A DNA stretch of 63,997 bases from Paraspadella gotoi (GCA_051294375.1 CM119263.1:18810631-18874627), one strand, 5' to 3'. Counted from the first letter of the stretch, positions 12,421 through 25,332 are shown. Numbers and translations are program-made. The notes: generated by a model not told the origin, from the sequence alone.

Positions 12421-15400
12421 CTCTCTTCTCTCCTCTCTCTCTCTCTCTCTCTCTCATTCGCCCGGGAAAATTTGTGCCAGCAAACGCACCTCTGTTTCTC
12501 TCTCTTCTCTTTCTTTCTCTCTCTCTTTCTCTTTTTCTCTCTCTCCTCTTTTCTCTATCTCTCTCTTCTCACCGCTCTCTCTCTCTGTCTCCAGAGCCAC
12601 CCTCTTTCCTCCCTTCTATCACTCCCTCTCTGCCAAACTTAATTTTTGTCGTCGCCGTTTTCGTTTTTGTTTTTGTTTATATTTATGTTTCTGCGCCAGA
12701 ATTTTTTTTCTTCTGCGACGAGAATTTTTTTTCTCAAGAAATAAAATCGTTTAAAAAAAAAAAGAAATAAAATCGTTTAAAAAAAAAATAGAAAAAAAAT
12801 CGGAACTAAACATTACATTCTTAGCATTTCTAACTTTGGATTTATAAAGTTTACGTGAATAATTTTGTTTCCGGGGATCTGTGTACGTATAAACATCTGG
12901 TGTTTTGTTTTTTTTTTAGAATTTAATTTAAATATTTTTTGGTAAAACCGTTTAAATCGTCGAAAATTGATGGAACCAAAAGGAAATAGAAATTCGGAGG
13001 AAAATCGTTTTTACGACTGAGAGAATCTCAACTCACGATCCTCGGTGGATGTACGCCAGATTTAATACAGTTTTCGTTTCGTTTTATGATGTCTTTTTGT
13101 TTTTCTTTGTAAATTCTTTGTATTTAAACGTACGTATTTAAGTGTAATGCCTCCAAATTTGACAAGTTTGCAAACTATTGACAATTTTTATCTTTCGTAA
13201 ACTACCTCGTTTTTCGTTTTCGATTCTCATCGATGCAAAAACTTTAAAAACCCGAATCTGCTCGGAGACCGATCTGATTGGTGGAAATTTCGTTGGTGGA
13301 TACGTGAGAATGTCAAATGTCGGTAACACTTAATCTTTCGTTATTGCATAGTTTTCCGACTTGGAGTATTTCGCGATTATTAACATCTTTAACGGATTAA
13401 TACAAATCGTACCAAAAGTACTAGCAACGGTTAGAGGAAAATATCAATAGTCAACCGCCAGAAAGAGAATTGCTTATTCGTAACTCGTAAAAAGAATCGT
13501 AGAAAACTAAGTTTTAGAAATATTATATATCACAAATCACAACCTGTGTCGTGTTGTTGTTTAAATCACCTGTATGAATGAGTCGTGAAAACTACTTTTT
13601 TTTTGGTGTCGAGAGATTAAAAAGAAACATTTAAAATAAACCCTGGAATCGAAGAATCGCAAAGAAACTCCGTCTCCTTAATCGACATCAAAATACAATT
13701 GAGAGAACTTAATCGTACATTCGGTAACCGCGGAGACTCGAGACGCGAGAAATTATTACACTTTTGCCTTTCTCCTTCTTTAGCGAAGCGGAATCATCGG
13801 AAAGACGTTTCACGCTTCGAAGACTTTAACGCAAAACAAGAGAATAACAAATCTAATGAATTCGTTGGGAAGAGAAAAGGAAAAAAGGAGAGAAAAAAGG
13901 CTCTGAGAATTTCCGCCGCTCGACGCCGGAGAAACAAATGAAGAAACGTTTTCTTTTTTCCCTTGTTTTCTACTGATTGTCTGCGGATGAGGAATTTATT
14001 TTACATTCGCCATCAAACAAAAAAAAAGACTTTGAAGGTCGAATTCAACGAGGAGAAACGATGCAGTCGGAGCTGGAGGCGTCGTTCCTTTTCGAAGAGG
14101 ATATTGACCTTCCCAACTTAAGTTATAGCGAAATAAATACAATACGACCTGGTTTTATATTGTATGCAATCTTAAAAACATCTTGTCCTTAACTAATGCG
14201 GCTTATCGTCGAAGGCGAATCAAAAGAAAACAGATGCTAACTAAGAAAAAACTTGAAACAATCTCGCAAATGGATTTTTTTTTCCTTCAACAACGTAAAA
14301 CCATTATGGTTTATTTGAAAGGCAGCTGAGGTCTCTGCAAGGACAGAGGCATTCGCGCATTTCTTTATTCTTTCAAGTCTCTCACGTTTTCACTCCATTC
14401 CTGTCACAGGATATACATAAAGACTGAGTTTGAATGAATTCAAGCGAGACACTTTTTTATCAGCTGACGCGTGAATTAAGAAGAAAGAATTTTAAATAGA
14501 ATAGCTATTGTAGTGACCCATTGCAATATTTCTGCTCGTTAGTAACATTCTGTGATTGCAGTCTAAAATCATTAGTTTTTGGTTTTTTGGACTCTGAAAG
14601 AACAGCGTTTCATGATTTCATAAGTTTTTAAATATTTTTGTTTTTTGAATACTTCAGGACGTAACCTTGAGGATCATTCAATTTATCAATAAATCATCAT
14701 AATGGTTAAGTTCTGGAGCAAATAAAATCAGAGAATTTAATCAAACCAAATCAAAAGCATGAACGGTACTCGTCGCGCGCCTGCGCCCATCTCCAAGTTC
14801 CAAAACGGAGAGAACACGTCAGACAAGCAATTTGATAAAAGGTCTTGTCAAAATATCACAGCCGTCATCATGTAATCATGAGGCGAACACCTTGTCTTGT
14901 CAATACAGCCTCTGATGCATCCCAAACTAATTATTGGGACTGATACATCTTAATTGATAATTTCATTTATAATGTCAGTGACTCCTTGTGTATTCAAAAG
15001 CGTTTATCATTGATTATTGATTAAGCCTCCCTTTAATCTTTTATCAGCTTTCTTTGTTAATTAATTTTGGATGGCCTCGTCATAAGCCAATAATGTCGTT
15101 GATGTTACGTCACTACATAATCGTTATTCTTCGCTATATTTCATCTTCTCCGCTCATTGTCAAAGGAATATCTTTAACTGATTCAATAATAAACATTTGA
15201 ACACAATAAATCGATCTTAATCTTTTCCATACTCAAAACTAATTTAAAATCAAATCGAAATAGACCCACATGGTTTACAAATGACAGCGCGTTATTTTAA
15301 AAAATAACACGGCGCTTGTAAAATTGTCAAAGAAACCAGTAATTCTAGGAGAGCACTTTTATATTTTATGGACGGGAAAAAAACTATATTACCAGAGATG

Positions 15401-16392
15401 ATCCGCTTATAAACCATTTATGCTCGCTGACTATATGCTCCTCGGTGATTATCGACCTTCTCTTATCTCATCTTTCCTCCTCCTTCCTTTCTTCTTCTAA
15501 AATAATCCTTGTTTCTTCTTTATTCTTCTATTCTCTCCTCTCATATCTTTCTCTCTCATTCCTACTCAATTTCTTCCGGACGTCTTTCTCGCGCTCATCG
15601 CTCTCAACTTCTGTCTTCCAATTAACAACCATACGTTGACAAGGGAGGTGGTTCCCTCTCTAGTTCTCCACCCCCCTTCAACCCATTTTCCACGTTTATT
15701 TTACCGCGCAACTAAAATCTAAGTTTCTTTTTCGCTAAACATCGCAGAATTTAACAACAAAAACATCTCTTGTGTAATAATTAATGAGAGAATAAGTCAA
15801 TATTTCGTTCGGTTCTCTTCATAATTTATCGGTAATCAGGTTTAAATAAGCTTCAACCCCTCCAGCTCGCGTAAATTGGAGAGAATTCCATCTTTGCCGG
15901 CAACGAACGATTCATTTTTTTTCTCGATTCTGCGACTTTGAGCCACCAGAGGGACCACTTACCTCTTGATTCCTTTAGCCAATCCTCTCCTCACGGTTTC
16001 CCTACCCCTTCTGCCATTATTACCCTCTCATGCAAAACCCTCTCCTACTTTCCATCCTTTTTCGTCCTCATCTGCATAATTTTTTTCCCCACAATTTTTT
16101 ATGAGGCGAACTGCTATGGTGGCTCCTCGGTTGACCCGCGGTGGATGGGAATGAAAATTATCATTGAATGTCAAATTACGTTTTATAATATTAAATCAAA
16201 TATAGAATATTGAGTCAAGGGGCATTCATGAAATGTTATGAATTAAACGAGTAAAGAGAAGACATGAGGGGGAAAATAATGATTTCATTGAAGAGAGACC
16301 AATTTTATTTAATTTATATCATTACCAAGTGCCTGATTGTCTCCGAGGTGGAAAGGAAAAATACAATCACGACAGATGGTTATTTAATAAAG

Positions 16393-16649
16393 TATGGCAA
16401 CGGGAGGATAGCCTGTGATACCCGGGGCGCGGGGTATCTCACAAACTGGCGTAGGGGCTGCGGACACTCAGTGACCGCCTCCTGTCACTGGCATGTTTAT
16501 ACCGGCACCGTCACATTTAAGCCAGAACCGGGATACCCAGGGATTGAACCCGGGACGCACGGATGGAATGAGATGATTTAGCCTGCTCAGCCATTGAGAC
16601 GAGGCTGAGGACGGACAGCAGTGAGGCAGCTTTAAGTCTTGCTGCCACA
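16393..16649 (-). mobile_element. Solo LTR (257 bp) of a tRNA-containing TRIM (Helenus-like)
   Basis: Same sequence as both LTRs of 23821-24542. + strand termini TATGGCAAC...GCTGCCACA form an imperfect inverted repeat. AAAG on both sides (16389-16392, 16650-16653). Minus-strand A box TGGCTGAGCAGG (16582-16593) and B box GGGTTCAATCCC (16540-16551). Confidence 0.85.
16540..16593 (-). promoter_or_regulatory. tRNA-type internal RNA polymerase III promoter (A and B box) within the LTR
   Basis: TGGCTGAGCAGG followed 30 nt later by GGGTTCAATCCC inside a T-arm-like hairpin CCCGGG-TTCAATC-CCTGGG. Also present in both LTRs of the full element. The acceptor stem is not intact. Confidence 0.7.
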
Positions 16650-17068
16650 AAAGAACAGCTTTTCCTTTCTCCACCTACAAACACCGATTGGTATCTATCA
16701 CAAATAAATGAATCGCTCGCAATATTTTTAAAAAAAAGTTTCGTCCTCCATTAAAAATTCTGAACGTGATTTTAAGTCTCGCCCGCCCAGAAAAAGACGC
16801 CATACTGAGGTCAAAATACGCGAGGCGATCAGTGGCCCCGTTGAGGTCCTGGCGGGCAAATTCCTTTTCCCTCCCCCCAAACATTCTCCGCCCCCTTAAC
16901 GCTATTCTTTCCATCTTTTTTTCGAGGCGACGGGTTATGAAGCCATATTTTTCACTCCTCCGCCCTTTTTCTCCTTTTTTTCTTAGCCTTTAGAGAGCTT
17001 TTCCTTTTTTTTACCCCCCACCGCTTCCTTTCAACAGTTCCTTTTTCTTTTTTTTATGAAGCAAGGTG

Positions 17069-17080
17069 GCCGCCATCTTG
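17069..17080 (-). promoter_or_regulatory. YY1-type consensus site CAAGATGGCGGC (duplicate at 24964-24975)
   Basis: Exact 12-mer gccgccatcttg on +. A CCAAT motif (ggccaatca) follows near 25264 in copy 2. Motif match only. Confidence 0.3.
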
Positions 17081-17410
17081 TTTTCATCGCTTCAAATCGC
17101 TTTAATCGCTGAAAAAAAAATGGCAACGCTCGGGCGTTCGACCCTCGCCCCAATTTTCGACGCCAAATTTCGTGGTTTGAAGAGACTGCGTTGATGAAGT
17201 TTAATATGATTTTATATAACTGTTGGCACCACGAAAATTAATATGAATAAACTTTTTTCCTCATTAAACCGTTTACATTTCTACTTCTACAATTTTGATT
17301 GTACAAAATTTTCCCATGAGCCAGTCATATCGAATCGCACTCGATCCCACATTGTCTTCCGCCCTCCANNNNNNNNNNNNNNNNNNNNNNNNNAAAAAAA
17401 GAGAGAGATA

Positions 17411-19874
17411 CTCGTAAAATTTTTGTTCCAGGGATTTTTTTTCCAATGGAATTTAACTCCGCGAAATATATTTTTTTTCTGGAAAGAGAGATAAAAACGT
17501 CGAAGCATTTTGATAAATATTGCATTTAATTTCCGTTCGTCTGCGATTTTTTTGTTATTTCTTATCTTTGTTGAGAAAAGGTTCTTAATTCTTCTTTATT
17601 TTTCTTTTTTTTTCCGGATCGCTTTTTTTTCTTTGTTCCAATCTTTCTTTAAGAAAATCTTCGAATCGATCTTTTCTCTTTCTCTCTCTCTCTCTCCTCC
17701 TCTCTCTCTCTCGATCTCTCTCTCTCTTCTCTCTCTCTCCTCCTCCTCTCTCAACTCTCTCTGCTAACTCTTTTTCGCAACAGTGATTCATCTTCGCTTT
17801 CAGTATATCGAGGTTATCCAGTCTTATATTTCAACCACTAAGTTATTTCCTCTCTTGCCCATTTATTTTTTTTCATTTTCTTTTCCTTTTGTGTTATCCT
17901 CTCTTCTTTTCTTTCTGTTTCCGCCTTACTTTTCTTCTCTTTTTTTTCCTTCACTTTCTTGGTTACCTTCTTCCCTGCTTGATCTCCGTCTTTTACCTCC
18001 CTGCCTCCGCTTCTCACTCTCTCCCTCACTCTCTCTTCTCTCTCATCATCTCGATCTCTCTCTTCTCCCCTGTCTTCTCTCTCTTCCTCTCTCTCCTGCA
18101 TTCACCGCTCTCACGAAAACATTGGCGAAGCTCGGCGCGAAAAGAGAATGGGTCAGAGGTCAAGGCGTCCGCGATTTTTCGCGCGAATTCGAGGCGGGAA
18201 AAAATTTTAACGAGATTCTCTATCCTTGAACTCGAGAGAAAACTCGGCGCCGTCGAAGGAACTGATTGGTTATTTGGATTGCATTCGATTGACGATTAAC
18301 GATCATTCACGTTGTGCTTTTGTTTTTTTTTATACCTCATTCCGTCGGTGATTGATGTGTGATTGTACTGATGTATTTGATAGATATTTTTTTCGCGTAG
18401 AATAATTGTTTCAAGTATCTTTTTTTTAAAATTAGCTTAAATTAATGAATTAAAATGTCCTATTTACCCTGTGACTTTTCATTCATTCACTCGGGATTTC
18501 CAAATATGGCCACTGTATTATTGATTTTCAGAAATATAAAATAATTACGGTCAATGAAACCCAACTAACAGACAATAAATCCGATCTCGCTCCATATTTT
18601 TCGAAAAAGATCATAAACTTGGCATAAAACGGTAATTTCGGAAATTTCAAATAAAAAATAGGATTCCAAAAAAAGAAACTTGTTTTTTTTTTTCTGCGAA
18701 GAATAAATAAGTCGTAAAAAAAGCTCAGGTGTCCGGAAGCAGACGTCGGAGTCAATAAATTCAAAAAGAACCGAATATTTTCGTTCCCGTCGCAGTTTCA
18801 ACTCGAATAAAGAAACAAAGAGGAGTAAAAATATTTTTTGGAGGAAAAAATGTTATGTCAAAAATCAAGACGCCTTGCAATCTGCGATCTTGTTTGCTTA
18901 AAGCTTCCGTTCGTCGTTGTCGTCGTCGTTTTAAAGGTTAAATTGATGAGCAATTTGAAGCAGAATTGCGCATCAGAAAGTAGAGAGCGAACGCAGACTA
19001 AAATATAATTTTAAATGTTTTGGGCCAAACGCTAAAAATTGAACTGAATATCATAAAAATAGCTTTTTTATAATACTGAGTGCTCATTGGCAAGAGGTAA
19101 AGCCTTTTTGGATGGCAAAAAACGAAAAACTGAAAAGGGAAACGGAATTATGATGGAAAAAGAATAAATATCTAAAATATCTTTCTGGAACTATATTTAA
19201 GTATTTAAAACTATTGTTATCAGGCCTTCTTTCCAAGCTGATTTTAATCTTTTTTATCCCTCATCTTTTCACTCTTCTTTATTTCCCTTTTATGTTTTTA
19301 CCGCCCTATTTAATTCCATTCCCATTGTTTTTCGTCCCAGTCAATTTCCATTATCAACGTCGAATTCTCACTTTAACTTCTTCGTTGTATCCAACTTTAT
19401 TTCTCTTTTCATTTTGTTCTTAACTTTCTTTTTTTTTTCTTTCAAAAATCTCTCTTTATTCTCTCTTTTTTTCGACTCCTTTACGCATTTTCTTATCGAT
19501 TCTTTGACCTTTCCCATTCTTTTTCCATTTTCTTTTTTTCGTCTCTTCCTTTTTTCTTCCTCCTTTAATCTTTTTCACTCTTCCCTCATTTTTCTCATCT
19601 CTCGCTTTCTCTGACCACGCCAGGTCTTCTCTTAATCTTTTCTTAAAACACGAATTTTGAAAAAAATAGAGAAGAAAATAGTCCCTTTCCTCTTTTTTCC
19701 TCCTCCTTCTCCTCCTCCTTGTCTCCTTTCTTCGGATCTCGCTCCCTCTTCGTTTCCTTCGTAAGTTCCCTCCTCATCCTCTCTTCGTCCTTCCTCTTCC
19801 TCGTCAGCACGTCTCTCAATGCTGGATGTCTGTCGACCTACCTTTTGCTTCTCTCTCTCTCTCTCCTCTCTTCT

Positions 19875-19911
<37 letters not shown>

Positions 19912-22900
19912 TCTCTCTCGTCTCTCTCCTCCTCTCTCTCATTCGCCCCGGGGAAAATTTGTGCCAGCAAACGCACTCTGTTCTCTCTCTCTCTCTTTTC
20001 TTTCCTCTCTCTCTTTCTCTCTCTTTTTTTCTCTCATCTCTTCTTTCTTCTCCTCGTCTCTCTCATACGTCTCTCTCTCTCTCCCCACCCTCTTTCATCC
20101 CTTCCTAATCACTCCTCTCGCCAAACTTAAATTTTTGTCGTCGCCGTTTTTCGTTTTTGTTTTTGTTTATAGTTTATGTTTCTGCGCCAGAATTTTTTTT
20201 TTCTTGCCGGCGAGCGAGAATTTTTTTTTCTCAAGAAATAAAATCGTTTAAAAAAAATATTAAAAAAATAGAAAAAAAAATCGGAAACTAAACATTACAT
20301 TCTTAGCATTTCTAACTTTGGATTTATAAAGTTTTTACGTGAATATTTTGTTTCGGGTCGGACGTATAACATCTGGTGTTTTTTTTTTAGAAATTTAATT
20401 TAAAATATTTTTTGGTAAAACCGTTTAAATCGTCGAAAATTGATGGAACGCAAAAGGAAATAGAAATTGGGGAGGAAAATCGTTTTACGACTAGAGAATT
20501 TCAACTCACGCATCGCTCGGTGGATGTACGCCAGATTTAATACAGTTTTCGTTTTCGTTTATAATGTCTTTTTGTTTTTCTTTGTAAATTCTTTGTGTAT
20601 TAAACGTCGATTTAGTGTTAATGCTCCAAATTTGACAAAGTTTGCAAACTATTGACAATTTTTATCTTTCGCAAACTACCTCGTTTTTCGTTTTCGATTC
20701 TCATGCGATGCAAAAACTTTAAAACCCGAATCTGCTCGGAGACGCGATCTGATTGGTGGAAATTTCGTTGGTGGATACGTGAGAATGTCAAATGTCGGTA
20801 ACACTTATCTTTCGTTATTGCATAGTTTTCCCCGACTTGGAGTATTTCGCGATTATTAACATCTTTAACGGATTAATACAAATCGTACCAAAAGTACTGA
20901 GCAACGGTTAGAGGAAAATATCAATAGTCAACCGCCAAGAAAGAGAATTGCTTAATTCGTAACTCGTAAAAAGAATCGTCGAAAATAAGTTTTGAAAAAT
21001 ATTAGTATATCACAAATCACAACCTGTGTCGTGTTGTTTGTTTAAATCACAAAAGCATGTCTGTATGAATGAGTGTAATCTAAGAACTCTTTTTTTTTTG
21101 TTGTCGAGAGAATTTAAAAAAGAATCTTTAAAATAAACCTGGAATCGAAGAATCGCCAAAGAAACTCCGTCTCCTTAAATCGACATCGAAATAACAATTG
21201 AGAGAACTTAATCGTACATTCGGTAACGCCGGAGACTCGAGACGCGAGAAATTATTACACTTTTGCCTTTCTCCTTCTTTAGGCGAAGCGGAATCATCGG
21301 AAAGACGTTTCAACGCTTCGAAAGACTTTAACGCAAAACAAGAGAATAACAAATCTAATGAATTCGTTGGGAAGAGATAAAGGAAAAAAGGAGAGAAAAA
21401 AGGCTCTGAGAATTTCCGCCGCTCGACGCCGGAGAAACAAATGAAGAAACGTTTTCTTTTTTTCCTTGTTTTTCTACTGATTGTCTGGAGAATGAGGAAT
21501 TTATTTTACATTCGCCATCAACAAAAAAAAGACTTGAAGGTCGAATTCACGAGGAGAAACGATGCAGTCGGAGCTGGAGGCGTCGTTCCTTTTGAAGAGG
21601 ATATTGACCTTCCCAACTTAAGTATAGCGAAATAAATATATATACGACCGTGTTTTTATATTGTATGCAATCTTAAAAACTCTCTTGTCCTTAACTAATG
21701 CGGCTTATGCGTCGAAGGCGAATCAAAAAGAAAAACAGATGCTAACTAAGAAAAAACTTGAAACAATCTCGCAAATGGATTTTTTTTTCCTTCAACAACG
21801 TAAAACCATTATGGTTATTTGAAAGGCAGCTGAGGTCTCTGCAAGGACAGAGGCATTCGCGCATTTCTTTATTCTTTCAAGTCTCTCACGTTTTCACTCC
21901 ATTCCTGTCACAGGATATATACATAAAGACTGTGAGTTTGAATGAATTCAAGCGAGACACTTTTTTTATCAGCTGACGCGTGAATTAAGAAGAAAGAATT
22001 TTAAATAGAATAGCTATTGTAGTGACCATTGCAATATTTCTGCTCGTTAGTAACATTCTGTGATTGCAGTCTAAAACATTAGTTTTTGGTTTTTTGGTTG
22101 GGGTGGACTCATGATTTCATAAGTTTTTAAATATTTTTTGTTTTTGAATACTTCAGGACGTAACCTTGAGGATCATTCAATTTATCAATAAATCATCATA
22201 ATGGTTAGTTCTGGAGCAAATAAAATCAGAGAATTAAATCAAACAATCAAGCATGAACGGTATCTCGTCGCGCGCCTGCGCCCATCTCCAAGTTCCAAAA
22301 CGGAGAGAACACGTCAGACAAGCAATTTGATAAAAGGTCTTGTCAAAATATCACAGCCGTCATCATGGTAATCATGAGGCGAACACCTTGTCTTGTCAAT
22401 ACAGCCTCTGATGCATCCAAACTAATTATTGGGACTGAGTACATCTTATTGATAATTTCATTTATAATGTCATGACTCCTTGTGTATTCAAAAAGCGTTT
22501 ATCATTGATTATTGATTAAGCCTCCCTTTAATCTTTTATCAGCTTTCTTTGTTAATTAATTTTGGATGGCCTCGTCATAAGCCAATAATGTCGTTGATGT
22601 TACGTCACTACATAATCGTTATTCTTCGCTATATTTCATCTTTCTCCCCTCATTGTCAAGGAATATCTTAACTGATCAAAAATAAAATTTGAACACATAA
22701 ATGATTTTAAATTTTTCTACTCAAACTAATTTTTAAAATCGTCTGTTGCTAAATTAGTTGATTCCCATGTAATTCTGATTAATTTTCTATATTTTATGAA
22801 CGGAAAAAACCTATATTTACTTAGAGATGATCCGTCTTATAAACAATTTATCTCGCTGCTAATATGCTTCCTGTGATTATCGACCTGTTCTTATCTCTCT

Positions 22901-25261
22901 TCCTCCTCTCCTCCTATTTCTTTTCTCTTCTAAATAATCCTTGTTTCTTCTTTATTTCTTTCTATTCTCTCTCTCATTCTTTCTCTCTCTTCTCTACTCA
23001 ATTTTCTTCCGGACGTCTTTCTCGCTCTCCGTCTCTCTCAACTCTGTCTCCATTAACACCATCGTTGACAAGGGAGGTGGTTCCTCTCAAGTTCTCCCCC
23101 CCTCAACCATTTTTTCACGTTTATTTTTACCGGCAACTTACTAGTTTCTTTTATCGCTAAACTCGCAGATTTAACAACAAAAACATCTCTTTGTTTGTAA
23201 TTAATGAGAGAATAAGTCAATATTTCGTTCGGTTCTCTTCATAATTTATGCGTAATCAGGTTTAAATAAGCTTCAACCTCCAGCTGCGCGTAAATTGGAG
23301 AGAATTCCATCTTTGCCGGCAACACGATTCATTTTTTTTTTCTCGATTCTGCGACTTTGAGGCCACCAGAGGGGACCACTTACCTCTATGATTCCTTTAG
23401 CCAATCTCTCCCTCACGGTTTCCCTACCCCTTTTGCCATTATTACCCTCTCATGCAAAACCTCTCCTACTTCCATCCTTTTTCGTCCTCATCTGCATAAT
23501 TTTTTTTCCCCACAATTTTTTATGAGGCGAACTGCTATGGTGGCTCCCGGTTGACCCGGTTGACCGGCGGTGGATGGGAATGAAAATTATCATTGAATGT
23601 CAAATTACGTTTTATAATATTAAATCAAATATAGAATATTGAGTCAAGGGGCATTCATGAAATGTTATGAATTAAACGAGTAAAGAGAGAGCATGAGGGG
23701 GGAAAATAATGATTTCATTGAAGAGAGACCATTTTATTTAATTTATATCATTACCAGTGCCTGATTGTCTCCGAGGTGGAAAGGAAAAATACAATCACGA
23801 CAGATGGTTATTTAATAAAGTATGGCAACGGGAGGATAGCCTGTGATACCGGGGGCGCGGGGTACTCACAAACTGGCGTAGGGGCTGGCGGACCCTCAGT
23901 GACCCCGTCCTGTCACTGGCATGTTTATACCGGCACCGTCACATTTAAGCCAGAACCGGGATACAGGGATTGAACCGGGAAGCACGGATGGAATGAGATG
24001 ATTTAGCCTGCTCAGCCATTGAGACGAGGCTGAGAGCGGACAGCAGTGAGGCAGCTTTAAGTCTTGCTGCCACAGGATCCCACCAGACTTCTCCCACAGG
24101 GGCCTCAATCCTGAGGAGATGTCTAGAGGAAGGTTTTTGATCTCATTGCCATAGTGAGAGCGAGCGGGGCGAGCGAGTCTGGAGGTAACCAGAGAAGTAG
24201 GGCATAGGCGTGATATGCATACCCTAAGCGACGTAAGCGTGGGCGCATGGTGCGCAGCGGTTGCGTGTTCGAGAGTAGGCTCACCACTATGCAACGGGAG
24301 GATAGCCTGTGAATACCGGGGGGGCGGGTATCTCACAAACTGGCGTAGGGGCTGCGGACCCTCAGTGACCGCCTCCTGTCACTGCATGTTTATACCGCAC
24401 CGTCACATTTAAGCCAGAACCGGGATACCGCAGGGATTGAACCCGGGACGCACGATGGAATGAGATGATTTAGCCTGCTCAGCCATTGAGACGAGGCTGA
24501 GGACGGACAGCAGTGAGGCAGCTTTAAAGTCTTGCTGCCACAAAAGAACAGCTTTTCCTTTCTCCACTACAAACACCGATTGGTATCTATCACAAATAAA
24601 TGAATCGCTCGCAATATTTTAAAAAAAAAAGTTTCGTCTCCCATTAAAAATTCTGAACGTGATTTTAAGTCTCGCCCGCCCGAGAAAAAGACGCCATATG
24701 AGGTCAAGAATACGCGAGGCGATCAGTGGCCCCGCGTTGAGGTCCTGGCGGGAAATTCCTTTTCCCTCCCCCCAAACATTCTCCGCCCCTTAACGCTATT
24801 CTTTCCATTTTTTTTTTCGAGGCGACGGGTTATGAAGCCATATTTTTCACTCCTCCGCCCTTTTTCTCCTTTTTTTCTTAGCCTTTAGAGAGCTTTTCCT
24901 TTTTTTACCCACCGCTTCCTTTCAACAGTTCCTTTTTCTTTTTTTTTTTATGAAGGCAAGGTGGCCGCCATCTTGTTTTCATCGCTTCAAATCGCTTTAA
25001 TGCGCTGAAAAAAAATGGCAACGCTCGGGCGTTCGACCCTCGCCCCAATTTTCGACGCCAAATTTCGTGGTTTGAGAGAGCTGCGTTGATGAAGTTTAAT
25101 ATGATTTTTTATAACTGTTGGCACCACGAAAATTAATATGAATAAACTTTTTTCCTCATTAAACGTTACATTTCTACTTCTAACAATTTTGATTGTACAA
25201 AATTTTCCCATGAGCCAGTCATATCGAATCGCACTCGATCCCACATTGTCTTCCGCCTCCA
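17411..25261 (+). repeat. Copy 2 of the ~7.5-kb direct duplication (likely alternate haplotype)
   Basis: Colinear with 9917-17368 but with block differences beyond indel noise: full TRIM versus solo LTR, 22090-22110 versus 14590-14610, and 22740-22790 versus 15250-15360. Confidence 0.95.
23821..24542 (-). mobile_element. Complete non-autonomous LTR retrotransposon in miniature (TRIM) with tRNA-like LTRs (Helenus-like)
   Basis: Direct repeats 23821-24074 and 24288-24542 flank a 213-bp non-coding core (24075-24287). TSD AAAG at 23817-23820 and 24543-24546. On the minus strand TGGTGAGCCTAC (PBS-like) starts 1 nt after the 5' LTR, at 24286. Purine-rich GGGAGAAGTCTGGTGGGA lies just before the 3' LTR (imperfect PPT). 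A/B boxes in each LTR. Confidence 0.87.
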
Positions 25262-25332
25262 CCGGCCAATCAAAGTCCTATTCTCCGCGACCCGTGAAAC
25301 TAAACCATCTCTCCCTCTCTCTCTCTCTCTCT

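Larger units (their letters stand above)
9917..17368 (+). repeat. Copy 1 of a ~7.5-kb direct duplication
   Basis: Colinear with 17411-25261 from ctcg..aaaatttttgttcc to attgtcttccgc(c)ctcca; the copies are separated by the 25-N gap 17369-17393. Confidence 0.95.

Noticed and set aside
7854-12770. Many 60-260 aa ORFs with (ER)n, (LS)n or F-rich content, here and throughout the window
   Set aside because: They are translations of AG/CT and T-rich microsatellites that lack stop codons; there is no other coding evidence.
14300-15170. Possible decayed minus-strand coding region (LLAYDEAIQN..., TQGVTDIINEII..., DASEAVLTRQGVRLMI)
   Set aside because: Stops and frameshifts in both duplicate copies and no recognisable domain; it cannot be supported without a search.
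16520-16605. Functional tRNA gene
   Set aside because: A/B boxes and a T-arm are present, but there is no pairing acceptor or anticodon stem, and it is embedded in an LTR.
24075-24542. Hammerhead ribozyme (retrozyme) interpretation of the TRIM, prompted by CTGAGGA motifs
   Set aside because: No stem II followed by GAAA, and no closing helices found on either strand.
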